A model generated the notes under the pieces. That model made no database searches, was not told the origin of the DNA, and was given only the letters and a program-made list of their open reading frames with translations. The translations under genes and the position numbers were made by a program. Of a DNA stretch of 64,000 nucleotides, positions 17,749 to 27,296 are shown piece after piece. Each line of letters begins with the position of its first letter. Within the stretch, counting starts at the first letter, position 1. Source of the DNA: Polyangiales bacterium. Lineage in GTDB: Bacteria > Myxococcota_A > Polyangia > Polyangiales > Polyangiaceae. Location: the NCBI GenBank assembly GCA_038231275.1, contig JBBRLQ010000013.1, positions 32,001 to 96,000 on the forward strand. The letters are read 5' to 3'.

Positions 17749-20195
17749 GGCGGCGCCGGCCGTTCCTCGCAGGCCCCCTCGCGCTCGCCTTCGCTCTCGC
17801 GTTCGCGGTCCCCGCGGCGGCGCAGCCGGTCACGAAGATGCCGGAGCTCGTGACCTTCGTGGAGGCGGAGTACCCGAAGGAGAAGCTCGCGGCGGGCGTC
17901 TCCGCGGACGTCATCCTGGTCCTCACGGTCGACGTCGACGGCCGCGTGAGCGCGGCGGCCGTCCAGCGCAGCGCGGGAGAGGACTTCGACGCGGCCGCGA
18001 TCGCCGCAGCGAAGCAGTTCGTGTTCAAGCCGGCGGAGGTGGACGGGAAGAAGGTCGCGTCGAAGATCACGTACCGATACGCCTTCACGCTGACGCCGAC
18101 GCCGACGCCGACTCCGACGCCGACCCCTACGCCGACCCCTACGCCGACGCCGACGCCGACCCCGACTCCGACTCCGACTCCGACTCCGACTCCGACGCCG
18201 ACCCCGATCGACGAGGTGACCGTTCGCGCCCCACTCCGTGCGCGCGAGGCGACCTCCACCACGGTCCTCGCCGACGAGGCTCGGCGTGTGCCCGGCACGC
18301 ATGGCGACGTCCTCAAGGTCGTGCAGTCGCTCCCCGGCGTCGCGCGCTCTTCGTTTTCGAGCGGGCAGCTGGTCGTGTGGGGATCCGCGCCGCGCGAGAC
18401 GCGCGTCTACGTCGACGGCGTGGAGATTCCGGCGCTCTACCACGGCAGCGGGATCCGCTCGACGGTGAGCTCCGACCTCGTGCGATCGATCGAGCTCGTG
18501 CCCGGCGCGTACGGTGCGGAGCACGGGCGGGGGCTCGGCGGGCTCGTGCGCGTCGAGACGAAGGGGCTGCCGAAGCAAGGCACGCACGGGTACGTCTCCG
18601 TCGACACGCTCGACGCCTCGACGCTGGTGTCCACCGCGCTGAGCGATCGCGTGCGCGTCGCGGTCGGCGGGCGCTACGGGTACCTCGATCGCGAGCTGCC
18701 GCTCTTCACGTCGCGCGACGTGTCGGACGTGTACCCGATCCCGCGCTACGGCGATTACCAGGCGCGCGTCGAGGCCGATCTCCGGAAGGGAGAGACGGTG
18801 CGCGTCACGCTCCTCGGCTCACGCGACGATCTGCGGCGCGCGGTGCTCTCCGCCGATCCGGCGGCGACGCAGTCCGAGGACACGTCGAGCGCGTTCCAAC
18901 GGGTCTATGCACATTACACCCATCGACTCGACGACGGCTCCGACGTCTCGATCACGCCGTTCTTCGGCCGCGACACGACGAGCTATGCGGCGGCCTTCGG
19001 CGCGAACCCGGCGCGGCTCGACGTCGGGACATGGCGCTACGGCGCACGCGGATCGTACGCGACGCGGGTGACGGCTGGACCGGTGGCGGCAACGGTGTCG
19101 GTGGGCCTCGACGCGCTGGGCTCGGCGTCCGACGTCACCCGACGTGGGTCGCTGAACCTGCCGCCGCGCGAGGGGGACCGTTACGTCTTCGGTCAGCCAC
19201 CCGGCGACGACGTCGCGAGCGATGCCTTCCAAACGCACATCCTGAACGTGGCGCCGTACGCGACGGCGCAGCTTCAGGCGGGCGCGTTCACCGTCGAGCC
19301 AGGCGCACGCGTGGATGCGTTCCTCATCGAGGGGAGTCGATCGACGCCGCGCGTGGGGCAGACGCCCAGCATCGGATTTTCGCGCCTCGAGGGGGGCTTG
19401 GATCCGCGGGTGCGCGTGAGGTGGAAGGCGAGCCCCCGCTTCTCGGCCGTCGTTGCGGCGGGCACCTACCACCAGGCGCCGGAGCCGGAGGAGCTCTCGG
19501 CCGTCTTCGGTACGCCGGCACTCGGGCTCGCGAAGGCGACGCACGCGAGCCTCGGAGAGGCTCTCGAGCTCACGCGCACCCTGTCGATGGAGCTGACCAC
19601 CTTCTACAAGAAGCTCTCCGATCTGACGGTACGCAGCCGCCTCACGACGCCGCTCCTCGCGCGTGCGCTCGTGCAGGACGGCGAGGGCCGCAGCTACGGC
19701 GCGCAGCTCCTCGTGAGGCAGCGGCCGTGGCGCGGGTTCTTCGGGTGGGTGTCGTACACGATGACGCGCAGCGAGCGGCGCTACACGGACGAAGAGCGGT
19801 GGCGCCTTTTCGATTTCGATCAACCGCACGTCGTCACCGTGGTCGCCGCGAAGGAGCTCGGCACCTGGGAGCTGGGGCTACGCCTGCGCGCGGCCACCGG
19901 GATGCCGCGGACGCCGGTGACCGGCGCGCTCTACGACGCGCGCGACGATCGGTACCAGCCGGTCTTCGGCGACCACAACTCCATCCGCATCCCGGCGTTC
20001 TTCGCGCTCGACGCGCGCGTCCAGAAATCCTTCCACCTGTCGACCGACATGAAGCTCGACGTCTTCATCGACGCGCAGAACGTGACCTTCCACGAGAACA
20101 AGGAGGAGATCGTGTACGGCTTCGATTTCTCGCGGCGCGCATACATCACCGGGCTGCCGACGCTCGCCGTGGTCGGCGGGAGGCTCGAGCTATGA
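17745..20195 (+). CDS. TonB-dependent receptor with N-terminal TonB C-terminal domain
   Basis: GTGA overlap; YP...V.L...VD.DG.V...FD.AA..A...F.F.PA TonB domain; (TP)19 linker; plug D....Q.LPGV, YVDG..IP..YH; barrel FD..H, R.P.F..LD.R. Confidence 0.9.
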   Translation: MRRRRPFLAGPLALAFALAFAVPAAAQPVTKMPELVTFVEAEYPKEKLAAGVSADVILVLTVDVDGRVSAAAVQRSAGEDFDAAAIAAAKQFVFKPAEVDGKKVASKITYRYAFTLTPTPTPTPTPTPTPTPTPTPTPTPTPTPTPTPTPTPTPIDEVTVRAPLRAREATSTTVLADEARRVPGTHGDVLKVVQSLPGVARSSFSSGQLVVWGSAPRETRVYVDGVEIPALYHGSGIRSTVSSDLVRSIELVPGAYGAEHGRGLGGLVRVETKGLPKQGTHGYVSVDTLDASTLVSTALSDRVRVAVGGRYGYLDRELPLFTSRDVSDVYPIPRYGDYQARVEADLRKGETVRVTLLGSRDDLRRAVLSADPAATQSEDTSSAFQRVYAHYTHRLDDGSDVSITPFFGRDTTSYAAAFGANPARLDVGTWRYGARGSYATRVTAGPVAATVSVGLDALGSASDVTRRGSLNLPPREGDRYVFGQPPGDDVASDAFQTHILNVAPYATAQLQAGAFTVEPGARVDAFLIEGSRSTPRVGQTPSIGFSRLEGGLDPRVRVRWKASPRFSAVVAAGTYHQAPEPEELSAVFGTPALGLAKATHASLGEALELTRTLSMELTTFYKKLSDLTVRSRLTTPLLARALVQDGEGRSYGAQLLVRQRPWRGFFGWVSYTMTRSERRYTDEERWRLFDFDQPHVVTVVAAKELGTWELGLRLRAATGMPRTPVTGALYDARDDRYQPVFGDHNSIRIPAFFALDARVQKSFHLSTDMKLDVFIDAQNVTFHENKEEIVYGFDFSRRAYITGLPTLAVVGGRLEL
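18093..18206 (+). repeat. Hexanucleotide ACNCCN tandem repeat encoding (Thr-Pro)19
   Basis: Read directly; 114 nt between the TonB domain and the plug. Confidence 0.95.
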
Positions 20196-21058
20196 GGCGC
20201 AGGATCGCGTGCGTGGGCCTCGTCGTGGCCGCGTCGGTGGCGTGCAAGCCGGATTTCGGCGAGCGCGCGTCCGTCGTGACCGCGCCGCGCATCCTCGCCG
20301 TGCGCGCCGAACCTCCGGAGGCACCGCAAGGGGCGACCGTCGCGCTGACGCCGCTGGTCGCGTCATCGGACGGGACCGTCGCCGCGCCGCAACTCGGCTG
20401 GGCGTTCTGCGCGACGTCGAAGCCGCTCGGCGAGAACGACGTCGTCGGCGTGGACTGCCTCGGGACAGCGGTCCGTCCGATCTCCGAGGGTCCAGCCGCC
20501 TCCGCGGTCATCCCGTCCGACGCGTGCGCGCTCTTTGGCCCCGAGCCGCCGCCCGGCGCGCGCCCTCGCGACGCCGACGTGACCGGCGGCTACTACCAGC
20601 CTCTCCGCGCTACCCTCGGAGGCGCGCCGACGATCGCGCTCCTCCGTGTCGTGTGCAACCTCGGGAGCGCCTCCGCCGACGTCGCGGCCGATTTCAAGGC
20701 GCGCGACCACGCGAACAAGAACCCTGCGCTCTCGATCGACGTCCCGGAATCTGCGACCCTCGGCGCCCGCGTCAATTTGCACGCGTCGTGGCCCGCGAAC
20801 GACGCCGAGGCGTACGTGGCCTTCGACGGTGCGTCTCAGACCGTCACCGCCCGTCGTGAAGCGATGCGCGTGTCGTGGTTCGTGAGCAGCGGCGCGCTCG
20901 ACGCCGATCACACCGGTCGCGACGAATCGGACCCGCTGACCGCGACCGACGACGGATGGACGACACCGAGCTCCCCCGGGATCGTGCACGTATGGGTCGT
21001 CCTCCGCGACAGCCGCGGCGGCGTGGACTTCGCGAGCGCCGACGTCAACGTTCGATGA
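20192..21058 (+). CDS. TBDT-associated lipoprotein
   Basis: ATGA overlap; lipobox SVAC; RILAVRAEPPE, N.NP, E....SWF...G, VV.RD.RGG motifs. Confidence 0.8.
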   Translation: MRRRIACVGLVVAASVACKPDFGERASVVTAPRILAVRAEPPEAPQGATVALTPLVASSDGTVAAPQLGWAFCATSKPLGENDVVGVDCLGTAVRPISEGPAASAVIPSDACALFGPEPPPGARPRDADVTGGYYQPLRATLGGAPTIALLRVVCNLGSASADVAADFKARDHANKNPALSIDVPESATLGARVNLHASWPANDAEAYVAFDGASQTVTARREAMRVSWFVSSGALDADHTGRDESDPLTATDDGWTTPSSPGIVHVWVVLRDSRGGVDFASADVNVR

Positions 21059-22598
21059 CGGAGACGAGCGCCTCTTCGAGCACGTTCAGATCAAACGGCT
21101 TCTCGACGCACGGGTTCGTCATCGTTCCGAGGAACGCGGTCTCGCGCGGCGCGAAGGCGCCCCCGGTCATGAAGATCATTCGCCGTTCGAGACCCCGTCC
21201 GTCTTGTCGGAGGCGCTCGTGCAGGTCCGGGCCGCCCATGTCGGGCATCATCACGTCGCACAAGATGCAGTCGAACGCGCGCTCCTTGCAGAGGCGGATC
21301 GCCTCGTGACCGCTCTGCGTGAAGGTGACGTCGTGCGCAGATAGGGCGCGGGAGAGGGCGCTGCCGATCTGCATGTCGTCGTCGACGACGAGGATGCTCA
21401 CCTTGCGCGGTCGCCGCCGCGACTCCGCCGGCGACGGCGGAGCGGCTTGTGCGGCCTCGGCGTAGGGGAGGGTGACACGGAACGTCGCTCCGCTTCCCTT
21501 GTTCGGTTCGCGCGCGTCCAGCGTGATCGTGCCACCGAACGCGCTGACGATGCTCTGGCAGACCGAGAGCCCGAGGCCGGTCCCCATGCCGACGGGTTTC
21601 GTCGTGAAGAACGGCTCGAAGAGTCGCGCGCGCACGTCTTCGGGGATTCCCACGCCGGTGTCGCTCACCGTGATCGTCACGCCCTCGGGAGCAAGAGACG
21701 TCTCCACACGGATCTCGTCCTTCTCGACGCTCCCCTCGGCGATCGCGTCGGCGGCGTTCACGAGGAGGTTCACGAACACCTGGGTGAGGCGCGACTCGTT
21801 CGCCCGTACGGCGCGCGATCCGCCGTACGCCTTGGTGAGGCGCGCGCGGTGCCGGATTCGGTTCTCCGTGATCTTCATCGCGGCGTCGATCGCCTGATGC
21901 ACGTCGACCGCTGCGACCGGCTCGTCCTCGCTGCGGCTGAACGCGCCGAGGCCGCGGACGATCCGGCGGACGCGCTCGGTGCCGTCGCGCGATTCGTCGA
22001 TCGCGTCGCGGACGGCAGCGACGATGGGCGACGGTTCGAGCGCCGCCAGTTTTCGCGCGGCGAGCTCGAGGTTCAGCACCACGTAGGCCATGGGGTTGTT
22101 GATCTCGTGCGCGACGCCGCCCGCGAGGCGCCCGAGCGCCGCGAGCCGGTCGGCGTGGAGGAGCTGCGATTGGAGCTCTTTGATGCGCGCCTCCGCGGCC
22201 TTGCGCGCCGAGACGTCCCACACGACGCCGATCATCTTGAGCGGCCTTCCCGACGCGTCGCGGAAGACTTGTCCGCGGCACGCCAGCCAACGAATCGGGG
22301 CGCCCTCGACGACGACGCGATGCTCGAGCTCGTACGGGACCCCGGCGCTCGCCACCGACGCCTCGATCGCGGCGACCACGCCCGCGCGATCGTCGGGATG
22401 GAGCACCTTCTGGTAACCCTCGAACGTCCCGTCGAACTCGCCCGGCTTCAAGCCAACAATTGCCTCGATGCCGTCCGACCACTCGACCTTGCCGGTCGTG
22501 ATGTCCCATACCCACGTCTGCATGCGCGCCGCGGACAACGCGAGCTCGAAATGGTCGGAGCGGGGCGGCAAGGACGTCAACGGGATCTCCTCAGGCAT
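21045..22598 (-). CDS. Hybrid sensor histidine kinase (PAS-HisKA-HATPase-REC)
   Basis: PAS (HPDD, W..RG), AHEINNP, QVFVNLLVNA, DTG.GI, FFTTK..G.GTGLGL, REC ILVVDD...D..MP...KP. Confidence 0.92.
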   Translation of the reverse strand: MPEEIPLTSLPPRSDHFELALSAARMQTWVWDITTGKVEWSDGIEAIVGLKPGEFDGTFEGYQKVLHPDDRAGVVAAIEASVASAGVPYELEHRVVVEGAPIRWLACRGQVFRDASGRPLKMIGVVWDVSARKAAEARIKELQSQLLHADRLAALGRLAGGVAHEINNPMAYVVLNLELAARKLAALEPSPIVAAVRDAIDESRDGTERVRRIVRGLGAFSRSEDEPVAAVDVHQAIDAAMKITENRIRHRARLTKAYGGSRAVRANESRLTQVFVNLLVNAADAIAEGSVEKDEIRVETSLAPEGVTITVSDTGVGIPEDVRARLFEPFFTTKPVGMGTGLGLSVCQSIVSAFGGTITLDAREPNKGSGATFRVTLPYAEAAQAAPPSPAESRRRPRKVSILVVDDDMQIGSALSRALSAHDVTFTQSGHEAIRLCKERAFDCILCDVMMPDMGGPDLHERLRQDGRGLERRMIFMTGGAFAPRETAFLGTMTNPCVEKPFDLNVLEEALVSVIER

Positions 22599-22685
22599 GC
22601 CAGAGTACAATCGGAATGCCCACGCCGTCGACGACCAGCGAGGGCAATTTGCGAGGCGTGACGCCTCGCCGAGAATGAGCCCACC

Positions 22686-24110
22686 ATGACCCCCGACGAG
22701 TTTCGCCGCTACGGCCACGAGCTGATCGAATGGATCGCCGACTACCGCGCGACGCTGGAATCGCGGCCGGTGATGCCGCCGGTGGTGCCGGGCGCGATCA
22801 AGGCGAGCCTCCCGACATCCCCGCCCGAGACCGCGGAGCCGTTCAGCCGCGTCCTCTCGGACTTCCGCGAGAAGATCGCGCCCGGCCTTCTCCACTGGCA
22901 ACATCCTCGTTTCTTCGGCTTTTTCCCCTCGAACGGCACGCTTTCGTCGGTCCTCGGAGACGTGCTCAGCACGGGCCTCGGAGTCATCGGCCTCTCGTGG
23001 CAGTCGAGCCCCGCGCTCGGCGAGCTCGAGGAGGTCGTGTGCGATTGGGTGCGTCAGCTCGTCGACCTATCGTCCGGTTGGAGCGGAGTCATCCAGGACA
23101 CCGCCTCCACGAGCACACTCGTCGCGCTCGTGTGCGCGCGAGAGAAGAGCAGCGCCTACTCGCTCGCGGGGGACGGCCTCCAGGGGAGCGGCAAACGCCT
23201 GGCCGTGTACGTCTCCTCGCAGAGCCACAGCTCGGTGGAGAAGGCGGCGCTCCTCGCCGGGTTCGGACGGAGCTACGTACGCAGCATCCCCGTCGACGAC
23301 GCGTTCGCGATGCGTCCCGACGCCCTCGCCGCGGCGATCGCGGCCGATCGTGCGGCAGAAATCGTCCCCTGCGCGATCGTCGCGACGACGGGGACGACGA
23401 CCACCACCGCCGCCGATCCGCTCGGCCCGATCGGCGCGATCGCGCGCGAGCACGGCGCCTGGCTCCACGTCGACGCCGCGATGGCCGGCTCCGCGATGAT
23501 CCTGCCGGAGTGCCGCCGCTTGTGGGACGGCGTCGAGCAAGCGGACTCGCTCGTCATCAACGCGCACAAATGGCTCGGCGTCGCGTTCGACTGCTCGCTC
23601 TACTACGTCCGGGATCCCGAGCACCTCGTGCGCGTGATGAGCACGAACCCGAGCTACCTGCAGAGCGCCGTCGACGGCCGCGTGAAGAACTTTCGCGACT
23701 GGGGCATCCCGCTCGGCCGCCGATTCCGTGCGCTCAAGCTCTGGTTCATGCTGCGCGAGCAAGGGGCGGAGGCGCTGCGCGCGCGGTTGCGGCGCGATCT
23801 CGAGAACGCAAAGTGGCTCGAGGCCGAGGTGCGGAAGACGCCAGGCTGGAAGATCCTCGCGCCGGTCGTCCTCCAGACCGTCTGCGTGCGCCACGAGCCG
23901 GACGGCGTCGCCGGCGAACGGCTCGAACGCCACACGCAGGCGTGGGCCGAGCGCCTCAACGCGTCCGGCACCGCCTACGTGACGCCCGCCAAGATCGACG
24001 GATCGTGGATGGTGCGCGTCTCGATCGGCGCGCTCGCGACCGAGCGAGAGCACGTCGCCGCCGTGTGGCAGGCCATGCAAGCGGCGGCTATCATCGAGGC
24101 GAAGCGATGA
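22686..24110 (+). CDS. PLP-dependent aromatic L-amino acid decarboxylase
   Basis: HWQHP.FF..FP, W..SPA..ELE, HSSVEKA, HVDAA.AG, N.HKW, LGRRFRALKLW. Confidence 0.92.
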   Translation: MTPDEFRRYGHELIEWIADYRATLESRPVMPPVVPGAIKASLPTSPPETAEPFSRVLSDFREKIAPGLLHWQHPRFFGFFPSNGTLSSVLGDVLSTGLGVIGLSWQSSPALGELEEVVCDWVRQLVDLSSGWSGVIQDTASTSTLVALVCAREKSSAYSLAGDGLQGSGKRLAVYVSSQSHSSVEKAALLAGFGRSYVRSIPVDDAFAMRPDALAAAIAADRAAEIVPCAIVATTGTTTTTAADPLGPIGAIAREHGAWLHVDAAMAGSAMILPECRRLWDGVEQADSLVINAHKWLGVAFDCSLYYVRDPEHLVRVMSTNPSYLQSAVDGRVKNFRDWGIPLGRRFRALKLWFMLREQGAEALRARLRRDLENAKWLEAEVRKTPGWKILAPVVLQTVCVRHEPDGVAGERLERHTQAWAERLNASGTAYVTPAKIDGSWMVRVSIGALATEREHVAAVWQAMQAAAIIEAKR

Positions 24111-24808
24111 GCGACCGCATCCTCCTCGTCGACGACGAGCCCGACATCCTGCAGCTCTTGTCGTTCAACTTGAGCGAGGCCGGCTTCGAGATCGAGGCCG
24201 TGGGAACCGCCGGCGAAGGGTTGGCCGCCGCCGCGCGCGCGCGTCCGAGCGTCGTCATCCTGGACTTGATGCTTCCGGACATGAGCGGCACCGAGGTGTG
24301 CCGGAAGCTCCGCGCCGATCCGCTGACGAGCGATCTGCCGATCCTGATGCTGACCGCGCGCGGCGACGAATACGACAAGGTCCTCGGCTTCGAGGTCGGC
24401 GCCGACGACTACGTGGTGAAGCCGTTCAGCGTGCGCGAGGTCGTGATGCGCGTCCGTGCGCTGGCGCGGCGCGCGCAGGAGCGGACGCAGGCGCGCGCCG
24501 CGACCGAGACCGCCAAACCGCTCGCCTGGCGCGCCCTGGCGGTGGACACCGTGCGCCACCGCGTCACCCTCGACGGCCAGGAGCTGTCGCTTCGGCCCCT
24601 CGAGTTCAAGCTCGTGACGACGTTCCTCGAGAACCCCGGCGTCGTCTACTCGCGCGCGCGCCTCCTCGAGGAAGTCTGGGGGATCACGGCGGAGATGAAC
24701 ACGCGCACCGTCGACACGCATATCCGTCGCCTCCGCGAGCGCCTCGGCACGCACGGCGAGGCGATCGAGACGGTGCACGGCTTCGGCTACCGCCTCGCGC
24801 CCCCGTGA
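24107..24808 (+). CDS. phoB: OmpR/PhoB-family response regulator (PhoB-like)
   Basis: LLVDDE, LDLMLP, MLTA, GADDY..KPFS, RTVDTHIRRLR.LG, IETV.G.GY; PhoR-like kinase 2.5 kb downstream. Confidence 0.8.
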   Translation: MSDRILLVDDEPDILQLLSFNLSEAGFEIEAVGTAGEGLAAAARARPSVVILDLMLPDMSGTEVCRKLRADPLTSDLPILMLTARGDEYDKVLGFEVGADDYVVKPFSVREVVMRVRALARRAQERTQARAATETAKPLAWRALAVDTVRHRVTLDGQELSLRPLEFKLVTTFLENPGVVYSRARLLEEVWGITAEMNTRTVDTHIRRLRERLGTHGEAIETVHGFGYRLAPP

Positions 24809-24812
24809 CGGA

Positions 24813-25202
24813 TCACAGCGAGATCGACATCCACCCCGAATAGCGGGGCACGCGGAGACGGTGGCTCGGGCGGCGGAGCTCCGACAGATCCACGTCGACG
24901 CCCGAGTCGATCTCGGCGAGGCGAAGACGCGCGCCGCCGACGGAGAGGACCGCGCCGGGCGGCACCACCGTCCACATGATCGCCGGGAGCTTGTCGACGA
25001 AGATGGGCTCGGCGACGCTCGCGCTCAGGGCCCACAGCTCTCCGTCGAAGTGCGCCAGCGAGCCGTGCAGGCAGAGCACGCCGTCGGCCGTGACGACGAA
25101 GTCTCCCTCGGAGCCGACCGTGATCGCCTGGCCGGAGCGGAACGAGAGGGTCTCGGTCCCGGCCCGGCCGACGAGCGCTTCCACGCGGATTTCGAAGGTC
25201 AT
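24813..25202 (-). CDS. Small FHA-like domain protein (degenerate)
   Basis: ITVGS, V...HG.L, IFVD, PG..L.VG..L pattern, lacking the conserved FHA Arg/Ser. Confidence 0.5.
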   Translation of the reverse strand: MTFEIRVEALVGRAGTETLSFRSGQAITVGSEGDFVVTADGVLCLHGSLAHFDGELWALSASVAEPIFVDKLPAIMWTVVPPGAVLSVGGARLRLAEIDSGVDVDLSELRRPSHRLRVPRYSGWMSISL

Positions 25203-25266
25203 ACCTACATGTACGCCTTCCGTCGCTAAGTCTCCCCGCGTTTTCGCTATCTCCCTGGATATTTGA

Positions 25267-26130
25267 TTATTTTACGCCAAGAAGTCCTCGCAGAACGACC
25301 TCAGGGGCGGTGCTCGCGGCGACGCTTCGGTGGCCACCTTCGAAGGCGACGTGGCCCGAGTTGATGCCCGCCGTCATCTCCTTGAAGAGGCCCGCGACGT
25401 CGTCGCTGATGCCGTGGCCCGTCAGCACGGCAACCATGGCATCGAGCGGCGCTTCGGTGACCTTCACGGGCTTTCCGATCACGCGCGAGATGGCCGCGGC
25501 GAACTGCTCGAACGAGACGTTCGAGCCCAGCTCGACGATTTGATTCTTGGTCGTGCCCTCGACGAGGAGCTGCGCGGCGAGCCGGCCGATGTCGACGGTG
25601 GCGACGGCCGGAAACTCGTGCTTCGCCGGCGTGAAGCTCGGCAGGATCCCCTGATCGAGCTGGCCGAGCGAACCGCCGACGTTCTCGATGAAAGAGCCGG
25701 CGCGAAGGAACGAGAAGGCAGTGCCGGGGATCGCCGCGAAGGCCTTCTCCGCGGCGTGGACCGACCTGATGGGGCCGGTGCCGGCGGGGTGCTGCGCGCC
25801 GACCGACGACAGGAAGACGACGTGCGGCACGCGCGCCGTGCCGACCGCCTCCGCGATCGCGCGCGTCACCGCCGCTTGCGACGCGAGCAGCGTTGGGTTC
25901 GTGTAGTCGGGCGGCACCAAGAGGTACGCGCCCGACACGCCCTCGAGCGCACGCGCCAAGGCCGACGCGTCCGAGAGATCGGCCACCGCGACCTCTGCCC
26001 CCTTGGCCTTCCACGCCTCGCCTTTGGCCGCTGTGCGGACGATGACGCGAACCTTCTTGCCCTGCGAAAGGAGCGTGTCTGCGACGACCTTGCCCGTATT
26101 CCCCGAAACCCCTGCGATCGCGAACGTCAT
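25267..26130 (-). CDS. NmrA-family NAD(P)-binding protein
   Basis: GVSGNTG Rossmann motif, V.LSS.GA, LR..F.EN, DIG..AA. Confidence 0.9.
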   Translation of the reverse strand: MTFAIAGVSGNTGKVVADTLLSQGKKVRVIVRTAAKGEAWKAKGAEVAVADLSDASALARALEGVSGAYLLVPPDYTNPTLLASQAAVTRAIAEAVGTARVPHVVFLSSVGAQHPAGTGPIRSVHAAEKAFAAIPGTAFSFLRAGSFIENVGGSLGQLDQGILPSFTPAKHEFPAVATVDIGRLAAQLLVEGTTKNQIVELGSNVSFEQFAAAISRVIGKPVKVTEAPLDAMVAVLTGHGISDDVAGLFKEMTAGINSGHVAFEGGHRSVAASTAPEVVLRGLLGVK

Positions 26131-26204
26131 GGCGTCTTCTCCTTTTTTTTCGCCCCGTCGGGAGGCGCACAGACAAGATGGGCTCGCACGGCTCATTCGT
26201 CACG

Positions 26205-26230
26205 TGCAATGATGTCATGACCATCATGCA
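26205..26230. promoter_or_regulatory. Imperfect palindrome, candidate LysR operator
   Basis: TGCAATGATG-TCATGA-CCATCATGCA between divergent nmrA-like and lysR starts. Confidence 0.4.
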
Positions 26231-27257
26231 TGGAATGCATCTCGCCGGCGTCGACCTCAACCTGGCGGTCGTCCTCCATGCGCTGCTCGCCGAGCGCAGC
26301 GTCTCGCGCGCGGCGAAGCGGCTGGGGCTCAGTCAATCGGCGACCAGCCACGCGCTCGCTCGCCTCCGTGTGCTGCTCGGCGATCCAGTGTTCGTGCGGA
26401 CGAAGGACGGCATCGCCCCGACGCCGCGCGCCGACGCCCTGGCCGACAAGCTCGCGGCATCGCTCAGCGCGCTCGAGAACGCGCTGCTCGCCGCGCCGGC
26501 GTTCGACCCCAAGACCGCCAAGCGCAGGTTCTACGTGAGCGCGTCGGACTACGCGGAGTTCGTGCTCCTTCCTCCCCTCCTCGCACGCATCGCGGTGGAG
26601 GCGCCCGGCGTCGACCTGTGGGTTCGACCGTACGATGAAGGTCTCGCCGAGCACCTGCGGCGCGGGGACGTCGACGTCGTGCTCGGTGTTCCGGCGTCGA
26701 TCGAGGACGCGGACGGCATACGGGCCGCGGAGCTCTTCGACGAGCGGTTCGTGTGCCTCGCGCGAAAGGGGCATCCGCTGACGCGGGGGAAGCTGACCCC
26801 CGCGCGCTTCGCGGCGGCGCGGCACGCGTTCATCGCGCCGCGTGGGCGGCCGGGAGGGGTCGTGGACGTCGCGCTCGCCGAGCTGGGGCTGGTGCGCCGC
26901 GTGGCGTTCGCGGTGCCGCATTTCCTCATCGCGCCGCACGTCGTGGCCGAGACCGATCTCGTGCTCACGGTCGCCGCGCGAATCGGGCGTGCGTTCGCGC
27001 GCTCGCTCTCCCTCCAGCTCTTCGAGCCGCCCGTCGCGCTTCCCCATTTCACGCTTTCGATGTTCTGGCATGGCCGACACGACGCCGATTCCGCGCACCT
27101 CTGGCTGCGGCGCGCGCTCGAGGGGGTCGCCGCGGAGCTGATGAGTGGAGCGAAGCGCAGCGCAGCGAAACGCTCCTGGCGGAAAGGCCTGACCGCAGTT
27201 TCCAGTCAGGCCTCGGGGCGCCGCCCGGCACGCGCCAAGGCCGCGCGCGCGCGGTGA
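26226..27257 (+). CDS. LysR-family transcriptional regulator (C-terminus extended through a repeat)
   Basis: DLNL...L..ERSVSRAA.RLGLSQSA.SHAL.RLR...D..F.R HTH; divergent from the NmrA gene. Confidence 0.92.
   Translation: MHGMHLAGVDLNLAVVLHALLAERSVSRAAKRLGLSQSATSHALARLRVLLGDPVFVRTKDGIAPTPRADALADKLAASLSALENALLAAPAFDPKTAKRRFYVSASDYAEFVLLPPLLARIAVEAPGVDLWVRPYDEGLAEHLRRGDVDVVLGVPASIEDADGIRAAELFDERFVCLARKGHPLTRGKLTPARFAAARHAFIAPRGRPGGVVDVALAELGLVRRVAFAVPHFLIAPHVVAETDLVLTVAARIGRAFARSLSLQLFEPPVALPHFTLSMFWHGRHDADSAHLWLRRALEGVAAELMSGAKRSAAKRSWRKGLTAVSSQASGRRPARAKAARAR
27142..27188 (+). repeat. 47-bp REP-like dispersed repeat, copy 1
   Basis: 42/47 identical to 62030-62076; GGAGCG...CGCTCC stem. Confidence 0.8.
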
Positions 27258-27296
27258 TCGCTGTACTCTGCATGTGCCCCCCTGGAGCCGACGACG

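Noticed and set aside
18093..18206. Tandem repeats here and at 51459-51596 as a possible CRISPR array or non-coding VNTR
   Set aside because: In-frame hexamers encoding Thr-Pro linkers; no spacers and no cas genes
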